This document shows, one piece after another, positions 27,628 to 36,251 of a stretch of 64,000 bases of DNA (position 1 is its first letter; the number at the start of each line of letters is the position of its first letter). The notes under the pieces were generated by a model that was given only the letters and a program-made list of their open reading frames with translations, was not told where the DNA came from and made no database searches. The DNA is taken from IMG/VR virus record IMGVR_UViG_3300028591_000085, positions 32,001 through 96,000 of that record; one strand, given 5' to 3'. The position numbers and the translations under genes are program-made. Origin of the DNA: a virus. Lineage: Duplodnaviria; Caudoviricetes.

Positions 27628-28827
27628 ATGGTAAAATTAGTATTTGGTGATAATGGTAGTGAAAGACCCCGTGAAGATGAAGAACTCCAAGGAGAGAAAC
27701 TTCAAGTCACACTGGAGAATATGCCTAAGATTAAAGCAGTGCATATCTCTGAGACACAGCGAGAGGCTTATTTAAAAGCTTACGATTGTGTGGTAACGCA
27801 TGATTTCGGGGATGAGTATCATTTGACCGAAGAAGAAAGGAAGAAGAAGAATCAGTATTATGAGGTCTTCAAACCGATAAGAAAAATGCGTCATACTATT
27901 AGAAAGATAGACGAATATGTTATAGCTATGCGTCAGATTCTACATTGTATTGATGTAATTGCTGAAAATAATGGTTTGTATGATCCTCAAGAATTTAAGA
28001 AAATGGTGATGAAAGGTGAAGTAAAAATATTTGGTTTATCGTTTCCTAAGTATAAAGGAAAGAATCGAAAGACGTTATCCGCAGAATATTTGACAGAGTT
28101 TATTTTGTCAGATAAAGATCCTAAAGAGCTGATGATGAGCTCGAACAATGTAACGACGATTGCTAGTAAAGAGCATATTAGAAATACTTTGTTCACACCT
28201 GAAGAATTGAAGGATCTCACTGATACGATTAGAAGTGATCGTGAGGAGTATGTTAATCCTGAAGAATGCTGGGTTGTCGAAGGATTATCTAAGAAAAAGA
28301 ATGCGGCATTAGTTCGTAATTCTCCTGAAATAGTATCGGCAGCTAAAGCGATAAAGCGTCAGTCATCTGAGAAATCTAATATGGATAGATTAATCTATGA
28401 TATGTCAGTAACTGATATCAGCAAGATTCAGCAGTATGACATGGCGAGAGGTTATCGTAGAGGAAATTCTGATAAAATTCCGAAGTATAAAGGAGGAAGT
28501 GTTGATAAATATATTGCGGAGTTAGATGATTATGAGCGTACACAAATTAAGTTCAATTATCATGGAAAGATGTTATCGATTGAAGAAATCGAAGAAATAG
28601 AACTTAAGGATATGCTTAGCGATAGCGGTTGGAATATAATGGCATTTGCGACCAATCGTGACGAGACTAAGAAATTAAAGAAGATACGAAAGGCTGATGA
28701 AAAGCGTTGTAGAAAACTTAAAGCGAAACTTGATAGTACAACTAAAAGGCTTGAGCGTACTACTGGAGCATTAGCTATTCGTAAGAAAAAGAAAAAGAAA
28801 AATAAGAAGAAAGGGGGTGATGATTGA
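27628..28827 (+). CDS. Hypothetical protein with basic C-terminus
   Basis: AAAGGAG RBS, 399 aa. Confidence 0.8.
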   Translation: MVKLVFGDNGSERPREDEELQGEKLQVTLENMPKIKAVHISETQREAYLKAYDCVVTHDFGDEYHLTEEERKKKNQYYEVFKPIRKMRHTIRKIDEYVIAMRQILHCIDVIAENNGLYDPQEFKKMVMKGEVKIFGLSFPKYKGKNRKTLSAEYLTEFILSDKDPKELMMSSNNVTTIASKEHIRNTLFTPEELKDLTDTIRSDREEYVNPEECWVVEGLSKKKNAALVRNSPEIVSAAKAIKRQSSEKSNMDRLIYDMSVTDISKIQQYDMARGYRRGNSDKIPKYKGGSVDKYIAELDDYERTQIKFNYHGKMLSIEEIEEIELKDMLSDSGWNIMAFATNRDETKKLKKIRKADEKRCRKLKAKLDSTTKRLERTTGALAIRKKKKKKNKKKGGDD

Positions 28828-28999
28828 AAAAGATAAATTTAAAAAATCGGTTAAACAGTATAAGAAAGATATAAAAGAGAAAACTGATATTATCTTACTG
28901 CATACTGTTGGAAAATCAGATATGGAGTTTCGTGATTATAAAGAAGAATCTTTAGATTGGTCATGGGACTCGATTACAGGGAGCGATAATGATGAGTAA
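28817..28999 (+). CDS. Hypothetical small protein
   Basis: 60 aa, overlaps both neighbours, GGGGG RBS. Confidence 0.65.
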   Translation: MMIEKDKFKKSVKQYKKDIKEKTDIILLHTVGKSDMEFRDYKEESLDWSWDSITGSDNDE

Positions 29000-29882
29000 A
29001 AAGATTCAAAGAAGTATGATACTTCAGTATTTTAATGATGATTTATATATTAAAATAATTGAAGTAACAAGAACATTTGAGTGGGATAATAATCAAAGGG
29101 CAACTCAGATAAAGAAGCTATTGACTGAGTTTAATGTTCCGTATACTCCACTCGGTTCTGGGACGAATCGAATGGCTGTTTTAATAGATGGATATGCTGT
29201 TAAAATAGCACTGGATTCGGATGGTATGATTGATAATCGTCGAGAGTTTTTGTATACGACAATACTTCAACCGTATGTTGTAAAGGTATATGAATGTATG
29301 CCTGGTGGTTTAGTTGAAGTGTGTGAATATGTATCGTTGTTTACTCTCGATGATTTTCATACACGTCAGGATGATATGAGAGAAATACTTGGGTATATCT
29401 CGAATCAGTTTCTCCTTGGAGATGTTGGCGTAACCTCTAAGAATTATACTAACTGGGGAATTAGATCAAATAATGAAATATGCATACTTGATTTTGCGTA
29501 TATTTATGATATAACGTATAAGTTATTTGTATGCTCGTGTGACAATTCTACATTAGTACGATATGATAAAGATTTTGTTAAACTAAAATGCCCGAATTGT
29601 GGTAGGGTATATACGTTTGGCGAAATTAGAAAGAAGGTAACGCGAGCGGCACAAGAAAAAGAGATTGGAGATATTAGAACGAAAGGATATAATTTAACAA
29701 GTTCAGTTCAGGAAGTTGAAATAAATCCCGAGTTTGAAATATCTCATGACACTAAGACGAAAAAGAAAGATAAAGAAAAGTTAGAAAAGAAAGCTGAGAA
29801 AGACAATTTTAACGAACGATTTGAAGAATTAAACGGTATATCGTATAAAGAATACCGTAAGATTATGAAAGGTAAAATGTAA
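28989..29882 (+). CDS. Protein-kinase-like fold enzyme with C-terminal Zn ribbon
   Basis: LGSGTNR (Gly loop), AVKIA (Lys), N..E, D......N, LDFA; CSC...CPNCG. Confidence 0.7.
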   Translation: MMSKKIQRSMILQYFNDDLYIKIIEVTRTFEWDNNQRATQIKKLLTEFNVPYTPLGSGTNRMAVLIDGYAVKIALDSDGMIDNRREFLYTTILQPYVVKVYECMPGGLVEVCEYVSLFTLDDFHTRQDDMREILGYISNQFLLGDVGVTSKNYTNWGIRSNNEICILDFAYIYDITYKLFVCSCDNSTLVRYDKDFVKLKCPNCGRVYTFGEIRKKVTRAAQEKEIGDIRTKGYNLTSSVQEVEINPEFEISHDTKTKKKDKEKLEKKAEKDNFNERFEELNGISYKEYRKIMKGKM

Positions 29883-29890
29883 ATAATTTA

Positions 29891-29929
29891 GGGTGTGATT
29901 AATTTAGAAAAATATTAATCACACCTTTT
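29891..29929 (+). terminator. Probable terminator hairpin
   Basis: ggtgtgattaat/attaatcacacc plus T-run. Confidence 0.6.
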
Positions 29930-29932
29930 ATT

Positions 29933-29941
29933 ATATATCAT
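29933..29941 (+). promoter_or_regulatory. Early-type promoter motif
   Basis: ATATATCAT. Confidence 0.5.
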
Positions 29942-29983
29942 TTATGTGTCCCATATAAAAAATTTTATAGGAGGTATATTAAA

Positions 29984-31456
29984 ATGGGAAAGAATAAGAA
30001 ATGCAAGGATAAGGTTACCTGGGCTGCTGACTCTGAGTCTACGTTTTTCGATAATATCGCTCGGTTGGAAAAGGCTAAAGAGCGTAAGAAAAATGATAAA
30101 AATGATAAGGACAAGGATAAAGACAAGTTCGAGGGTAAGAAGAATTTTAACAAGAATAAGAAGGATAAGCGTATTCGTCGTGATGATGATGATTTACCTT
30201 CTTATCTGATTATTAATCAGCGGAAGCAGGAAGCTAAAGAGAGAGCCATGAGAGCTATGGCAAATCTGAACGGTTCTAATGATGAAAACCCTGCTGATAA
30301 TTTAACCGAGACGAGTACGTCTGATAAATCTGTTAATCATGTAATGACTGCTAAGACAGTAGAAAATCGTATGACTAACAGGCCGTCTCATTATAATACA
30401 CGTGTACAGAAGAATGATAAGAATCTGTTGTTATCACCCAGAGTAGTGTTTATACCTGGAATGAATAGAGTTATAATTAACGACTCTATTAGTCCTCATT
30501 CTATAGATATGAATGATTTGGAAGATTATAAGATAACGATAGATACTACTAAGTTAACATCTGATGAATTTCATGACTATCGATATACTTTATTCAGGTA
30601 TATAATAGCGTCGACTCATCCGACTCTGGTGATAGGTAGAGATGATTTCCTGAAGAAGTTTAGGAAGTATCAGGATATAAATCCTAATAGATTCTTAATA
30701 TTGGAGTCTGATGATAGTGATTATTTTGCTATATGGTATATTCCTACCATAGTAGAAGATAATATAATGGACACGATTCCTAATTATTATAAAATGGGGA
30801 TTGGACAGTTATTAAGATTCCTTGCGGTATTAGCTGTTGAGGGGAATAAGATATCTAATGTATTCAAGATGTCTTCTGATGCTAAGTCTAAAGAATATGT
30901 TGCTGCATGGGTTAATTATCTGGATACCAGATTTAGTATTGATAATATAACAAGACAGTTACTCGATATGATTGATAATGATCCCGAAACAGTTATCTAC
31001 GATGAAAACACCAATACGCCAACTGATGTTGCTAAATTATTGGCGTTTACTAATCTGGAAATGAAGTCGGACGCACATGATTTAGCAACTAGCATTTGCT
31101 ACTTCCAGGAAATGGATTTGTACGAAGATGACGATGATAATACTATACCGGTATTTATACCAAATAGTATTGGTGAGTATCAGTTAGAGAATGATGACGA
31201 AGAAGAGGAAGAAGAAGACACGGAAGATGATGCAGAAGAGTATGAAGATGAATCAGATGACGATGATGACTCAGAAGAGGAAGAGGAAGACACCGAAGGT
31301 GATGAATCAGACAACGATGAAGGGGAAGAAGAAGACGAATCTGATTCAGAAGAAATCGTTGATATAACTGATGATATGGAATTGAATATTGCTACTTCTT
31401 CATCAGATGATGACGATGAACTTCCTACCGATTTTCCTGTCAGGTCTAAATCGTAA
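29984..31456 (+). CDS. Hypothetical protein, basic N-terminus and very acidic C-terminal tail
   Basis: AGGAGG RBS; 490 aa; about 85-residue D/E/S tract. Confidence 0.8.
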   Translation: MGKNKKCKDKVTWAADSESTFFDNIARLEKAKERKKNDKNDKDKDKDKFEGKKNFNKNKKDKRIRRDDDDLPSYLIINQRKQEAKERAMRAMANLNGSNDENPADNLTETSTSDKSVNHVMTAKTVENRMTNRPSHYNTRVQKNDKNLLLSPRVVFIPGMNRVIINDSISPHSIDMNDLEDYKITIDTTKLTSDEFHDYRYTLFRYIIASTHPTLVIGRDDFLKKFRKYQDINPNRFLILESDDSDYFAIWYIPTIVEDNIMDTIPNYYKMGIGQLLRFLAVLAVEGNKISNVFKMSSDAKSKEYVAAWVNYLDTRFSIDNITRQLLDMIDNDPETVIYDENTNTPTDVAKLLAFTNLEMKSDAHDLATSICYFQEMDLYEDDDDNTIPVFIPNSIGEYQLENDDEEEEEEDTEDDAEEYEDESDDDDDSEEEEEDTEGDESDNDEGEEEDESDSEEIVDITDDMELNIATSSSDDDDELPTDFPVRSKS

Positions 31457-31459
31457 AGG

Positions 31460-32128
31460 ATGATCATAATGATATTCATTATGAATTCGAAAATGCTTCA
31501 AGATCTTTATCTCGTTCATGAACGAGATAAAGATATCTTGAACACACAATACATTATAGTTTCGTCCAGGATTAGAAAAAGAGAGAGTGTAAAAAATATT
31601 CTGTATGCATATAACTCTTTATATCCACCGTCTGAAGTTATGATAAAAAATACTGAAGAGGATAAAAAAGAAGCCTACATGGATTTTCTGACAAAAAATA
31701 ATATAGGTTTACTAAGTTCCTTAGTATTATTATCTCTTGAAAAGAATTTTACAATAGTTTTTATTTGTACACAGAATGAATGGAAACTCAGACATCTGCA
31801 ATATATTGCAGAATTTATTGAGGATAAATTTAAATATCCCGTGTATAATTATAAAGAATATTATAAAAACTTTATAAAGAAAGATAATGAACCTATTAAG
31901 GTTAATGAAGTAAAATGCCGAAGAAAAATTAAAGCTTGGGAAAAGTATTTTAAGAATAACCAGACAGCAGAAAACATGAAGACTGAAAAAGGACGGAAAC
32001 TTATAATGTCTGATTTTAAAAGTAAAAGCAAAAAAGAGAAAAGAAAAATCCTGATTGAACGTAATCTGTATTATAACGGTATGGATAATAGTGAGATGGA
32101 TGAAGTATTTGAGTTGTTTTTACGATAA
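31460..32128 (+). CDS. Hypothetical protein
   Basis: 222 aa ORF in operon. Confidence 0.75.
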   Translation: MIIMIFIMNSKMLQDLYLVHERDKDILNTQYIIVSSRIRKRESVKNILYAYNSLYPPSEVMIKNTEEDKKEAYMDFLTKNNIGLLSSLVLLSLEKNFTIVFICTQNEWKLRHLQYIAEFIEDKFKYPVYNYKEYYKNFIKKDNEPIKVNEVKCRRKIKAWEKYFKNNQTAENMKTEKGRKLIMSDFKSKSKKEKRKILIERNLYYNGMDNSEMDEVFELFLR

Positions 32129-32130
32129 AT

Positions 32131-32169
32131 AAAATGTGTAACGATTTATAAATCGTTACACATTTTTTT
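32131..32169 (+). terminator. Intrinsic terminator
   Basis: atgtgtaacgattt/aaatcgttacacat plus T-run. Confidence 0.75.
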
Positions 32170-32199
32170 AATAAAAAATGAAAGGATAGTTACTTTAAA

Positions 32200-32961
32200 A
32201 TGAATTCGAAGATATGGGAAAAAGATCTATATATAAATGATAATATATTTTATTTATTCAATAAAGAGATTATTGAATACGATATGAGAGAAGCAGGTTT
32301 TTCTCTCATAAAAGAATATCATTTATTAGATGATAAAACTATAGAAGAATTAAAAAAGATGGGTAAAGACCAACGAAAAATAAAAATAGGAAAAATACAA
32401 ATAAAGAATGATAACCTAAAGTCAGGATTAAAAGAAGCATTTAAGAATGCTAGAAGAAGATTCTTTGAAATCAATGACTTATCAGATGATGATATCATTT
32501 CTATAAAGAAAGATGCTATATTCGCTACTAAATATTGTAAGACTACAAAGTTTGGCGATTATATAGAATTTAGACCTAAACATGAATATAGTTCATATAT
32601 CAGATTAAATAAAAAAGTTGAATTTTATTATAATCCCACCGAGCTTTCGGTAAAAGGTATAGGAAATGATAAAGTTCAGCTTCATTCTGATTATTTAATA
32701 AAATTCATTAATTTATATTTTAAAAAGATGGAAACAAGTGATAATAAAGATGTAATTATATTTTTACGTCATTTTATAGATAAGTATAAAAATAGGGAAT
32801 TAGACGTTGGTTATTATAGAAATTTTAATCACGAATCTAATTTTACCGTTTTTAATGATGATAATATTTATATGGAATATTGGGATGAGGATAAAATGTC
32901 ATTAGATATTTCATATAATTATTTTAATATATTATTAAAATTAATCAAAATACCATTATGA
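32200..32961 (+). CDS. Small family-B-like DNA polymerase palm-domain protein
   Basis: Motif A-like IIEYDMREAGFS and motif C-like ISIKKDAIF; 253 aa. Confidence 0.55.
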   Translation: MNSKIWEKDLYINDNIFYLFNKEIIEYDMREAGFSLIKEYHLLDDKTIEELKKMGKDQRKIKIGKIQIKNDNLKSGLKEAFKNARRRFFEINDLSDDDIISIKKDAIFATKYCKTTKFGDYIEFRPKHEYSSYIRLNKKVEFYYNPTELSVKGIGNDKVQLHSDYLIKFINLYFKKMETSDNKDVIIFLRHFIDKYKNRELDVGYYRNFNHESNFTVFNDDNIYMEYWDEDKMSLDISYNYFNILLKLIKIPL

Positions 32962-32970
32962 AAGGAATTA

Positions 32971-33858
32971 ATGATTATGAAGCAGTTTAATTTAGTTGAT
33001 GAAAATGGAAATGAGATTAAAGCTGAAGTAATTCCCGAACCCACGGAGGTTACTATCAATCATAGTATATTAAAAAATAAAAACGAAGGTGAAATAGAAA
33101 TAAGTAATACAAACCACTCAATTAGTATTTCTGGAAAACATTATGAAAATGGGGTTGCGGCTGTTGACCCTTACATTCCTGAACCAGATGATGGAGACGC
33201 TGGGGAAGACCTTTCTGACTACTTATTTCCAGCAACTTTAGGTCAACCTGATTGTTACATATATTTTGATATGGAGTTTACTGGGTTAAATCGTAATGCT
33301 GATCCTATTTCTATAGGATTAGTTGATAATATTGGTAGATCATTCTATGCAGTATTTAACGATTATGATGATAATAAGATTACTGATTGGTTGAAAGAAA
33401 ATGTAATTCCTTATCTGGATACTCCCACTGAAAATGTTACAGATGGAAATGATTGGAGAATTACTGGAAACAGGTCTGAAATAAGTGCAGCACTTAATGA
33501 GTGGGTTAAGATTCTCGCCGAGGGAAAAGTTACAGTTCAGTTTGTTGCAGATGTAGGTCATTATGATTTCGTATTATTAATTGACTTACTTCTTAACGAC
33601 CCCAATAAAACAGCACTTGATTTACCTGAATATATTTCACCGTGTTTATATGATATAAACCAGAATATGTCATCATATGTATTTGTCAATCCGAAGGAAC
33701 CAATTGGATTGGTTCCTATAAGAGCTGCATTTGATATTGATAGAGATAAGGCTGTTAAAGATATGGGTGCTACCATGCCCGAAGGTACTCAGCATAATGC
33801 TCTGTTTGATGCTAAGGTAGCTAAAGCAATACACAATCAGTTATGGAATATTAAATAA
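32971..33858 (+). CDS. DEDDh 3'-5' exonuclease (Rv2179c/RNase AS-like)
   Basis: YFDMEFTGL, ISIGLV, W..ENV, YD, HNALFDA. Confidence 0.8.
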   Translation: MIMKQFNLVDENGNEIKAEVIPEPTEVTINHSILKNKNEGEIEISNTNHSISISGKHYENGVAAVDPYIPEPDDGDAGEDLSDYLFPATLGQPDCYIYFDMEFTGLNRNADPISIGLVDNIGRSFYAVFNDYDDNKITDWLKENVIPYLDTPTENVTDGNDWRITGNRSEISAALNEWVKILAEGKVTVQFVADVGHYDFVLLIDLLLNDPNKTALDLPEYISPCLYDINQNMSSYVFVNPKEPIGLVPIRAAFDIDRDKAVKDMGATMPEGTQHNALFDAKVAKAIHNQLWNIK

Positions 33859-33863
33859 ACGAC

Positions 33864-33910
33864 AAATAATCAGACATGGAAACATTTATAGTGTCCATGT
33901 CTGATTATTT
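33864..33910. terminator. Bidirectional terminator between convergent genes
   Basis: aaataatcagacatgga/tccatgtctgattattt. Confidence 0.75.
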
Positions 33911-33913
33911 ATT

Positions 33914-34426
33914 TCACCCCGTGCTAGCAACTGGCATCTCATTCCTTTTCGCTTCATTTAACCTTAATGCTTGACCTATTAGCTCAATTGTAGTTTGTTG
34001 TGAAATATATTTCATTAGGTATTCATCTTTAAGAAGAATATTCGGATTACCAAATACATTATCTGGATTTAAACCTTCGTATACTGTGGTGGATATATTT
34101 TTTATATCTTCCGTAGCATTTGTAAATTCGTATTTCTGATTTAAGACTATATTAGTTTTCATGGTATTATTACACTCAATCTCTATTAATTTACTTATAA
34201 ATATCAACATATTATTCGTTACTTCAATTTGTTTATCAGTAGTTAATAAATTTTTAGGTTGTAATAATTGATTATATTCAACGAGCGTCTTTTGCTTTAA
34301 TCTTATTCTCATTTGATTAAGTAAAGTCATTATGACTACAAACCCAAACATAATTGTGACTACTCCCAGAGTAGATAATATTAATATCATGATATCTATA
34401 AATTTACTATCGTGTAAAAAATTCAT
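33914..34426 (-). CDS. Hypothetical membrane-anchored protein
   Basis: AAGGAGG RBS; N-terminal hydrophobic helix. Confidence 0.75.
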   Translation of the reverse strand: MNFLHDSKFIDIMILILSTLGVVTIMFGFVVIMTLLNQMRIRLKQKTLVEYNQLLQPKNLLTTDKQIEVTNNMLIFISKLIEIECNNTMKTNIVLNQKYEFTNATEDIKNISTTVYEGLNPDNVFGNPNILLKDEYLMKYISQQTTIELIGQALRLNEAKRNEMPVASTG

Positions 34427-34485
34427 ATGATAACCTCCTTAAAATTCATTGGTTATATATATGTGTAAATGATGAAAAATGAATT

Positions 34486-34494
34486 ATACATCAT
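34486..34494 (+). promoter_or_regulatory. Early-type promoter motif
   Basis: ATACATCAT just upstream of leader copy C. Confidence 0.45.
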
Positions 34495-34501
34495 TATATT
34501 G

Positions 34502-34575
34502 TAATTATTATGAAGTCTACTTATGCATTCCTAATAGAGGAAAGTAAGACATAAGGTGTCGACTTTATAGAATTA
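34502..34575 (+). ncRNA. Conserved structured 5' leader motif, copy C
   Basis: CTACTTATG CATTCC TAATAGA GGAA AGTAAGA CATAAGG TGTCG; outer stem tatgaagtc/gactttata. Confidence 0.75.
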
Positions 34576-34603
34576 TAAATTTTCAAAGAAAGGATCTGAT
34601 TAT

Positions 34604-35464
34604 ATGTATCAGATTATCGAAAAAAATAACACTGCTACCACAATGTCCTCATCCTCGTTGTCGTCGACTGCAATTGTTAAAATTGCAGATAAGATTGGCT
34701 CTGCTAGAACAGCAGAAGCCGCTGAATATAAAGACCGGAGGGTATCTATATACGCCCCATCAATTGGGCGCATAAAAGATGCGCTGACATCAAAAGACAA
34801 ATTTGTCGTGCTCTACGATATGGACGAAGATTTGTATCGGAGACACACTAATGAGGAGGTGATTCGAGCGGTTCACCTCTATTTCCTATCTGTAGATTCA
34901 TCTACTGAGAGGAGGCATCGTGATGCGATGCGACAAGTGGAAATTGCCGTAAGAAATGATTTATCTTACGGCAACGAAAATTATGCCAGGTATTACGAGA
35001 AGTATAAAGAATACTTCAATAAATGCTTGGACAGAGGTATAGAAGCTTTACATATAATCGAGTTTCTTGCGATAGAAAAACAATATCGCAAGAAATTAGT
35101 CCTATACCGAAAAATTAAAATGAGAGTAAAAGTCATATCAATATTGTTATTAACAGTATTGATAGGACTGTTAGTTTTCGGTATAGGACGAGCGATAACT
35201 CGTCCGACTGAAGAACAACGATTACTCTCAGACGGGATGACTGCAGAAATCATTCAGATAAATCCTCGGGATTTAGACCGGGTGTCATTCCCGGGAGTAT
35301 TAGATTACATACGTGTAAAATACCCGTATACCATGAAATATTATTCAGAAAAGGAGGTGATCTCCAATATCGGAGATTTATCCGGAAAGATCAACATTTG
35401 TGCTGAGGTAGAAGAAGGCTCTGTCCAGTACATACCTGTGCGGGTAGTACACCCGATTAAGTAA
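34604..35464 (+). CDS. Membrane protein with C-terminal degenerate LysM-like domain (cassette cargo)
   Basis: TM helix VISILLLTVLIGLLVFGIG; C-terminus IQINPRD...EVISNIGDLS...VEEGSVQYIPV. Confidence 0.6.
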   Translation: MYQIIEKNNTATTMSSSSLSSTAIVKIADKIGSARTAEAAEYKDRRVSIYAPSIGRIKDALTSKDKFVVLYDMDEDLYRRHTNEEVIRAVHLYFLSVDSSTERRHRDAMRQVEIAVRNDLSYGNENYARYYEKYKEYFNKCLDRGIEALHIIEFLAIEKQYRKKLVLYRKIKMRVKVISILLLTVLIGLLVFGIGRAITRPTEEQRLLSDGMTAEIIQINPRDLDRVSFPGVLDYIRVKYPYTMKYYSEKEVISNIGDLSGKINICAEVEEGSVQYIPVRVVHPIK

Positions 35465-35508
35465 AAAATCAAGCTGTGGCGTTATTTCTAACGCCACAGC
35501 TTTTTTTT
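35463..35508. terminator. Bidirectional terminator
   Basis: aagctgtggcgtta/taacgccacagctt flanked by A- and T-runs. Confidence 0.8.
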
Positions 35509-36133
35509 ACATTAATTTTTTATTTAATTCAAGTACACCAAAATCATTTGAATCATATAGTAATGATCTATCAATATACCTATTTAATTGCTCTCTATAT
35601 TCATCACTAATAGCATCTGCATATTTATCAATAAATTCTTCTAAGTTACCATAAGCTTGTCTATAATTTATAAATATATTACCAGCATGTATTTGTTCAT
35701 GAATTGAAGAACTGACCATTACAATCTGTATTCTATTTTTTTGGTGTTCGTCTAAAACCATATCTGCGATTCTTGCTGTACTTATTTTCCATTTTTTTAA
35801 TATAAAATATTCTAATATTATTGCACAATAATCAAACAAATTAAATATTGGTCCATGATGCATTTCAATATCCGCATCTTCATCACTTATATTTTTAAGA
35901 ACTTGACAATGGTCTAGTTTGATTTCTTTTTTTAAATATCTTATATATTTATTATACCTATCATTTTGTCTTACTAATCTTTCACATCCTTTTATGAATC
36001 TAACATAGCTTTCATAATTAGCGAAATAATCAATATTTTTATAATAAGGAATATTATAAAATGAATTATGAGAATCAATTATTATATTATTGGGTGTTTT
36101 ACTATATATAATATCAGGTAAAGATTTAGGCAT
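35507..36133 (-). CDS. HNH-like protein, paralogue of 26736-27413
   Basis: CQV...IEMHHGPIF ... H.KN.IQIVMVSSSIHEQIH. Confidence 0.6.
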   Translation of the reverse strand: MPKSLPDIIYSKTPNNIIIDSHNSFYNIPYYKNIDYFANYESYVRFIKGCERLVRQNDRYNKYIRYLKKEIKLDHCQVLKNISDEDADIEMHHGPIFNLFDYCAIILEYFILKKWKISTARIADMVLDEHQKNRIQIVMVSSSIHEQIHAGNIFINYRQAYGNLEEFIDKYADAISDEYREQLNRYIDRSLLYDSNDFGVLELNKKLM

Positions 36134-36202
36134 TAAAATTCTCCTCTCACTTATAAATTTTATTTATAAATTTGTAAGTCCACAAAAAAGTAAAATACCG
36201 TT

Positions 36203-36214
36203 GACAATTCTTTA
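36203..36214 (+). promoter_or_regulatory. Late-type promoter motif
   Basis: GACA-ATTCTT-TA. Confidence 0.55.
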
Positions 36215-36251
36215 ATAAACCTTTTTATTACTCTAGGGAGATGAAAAAAAA

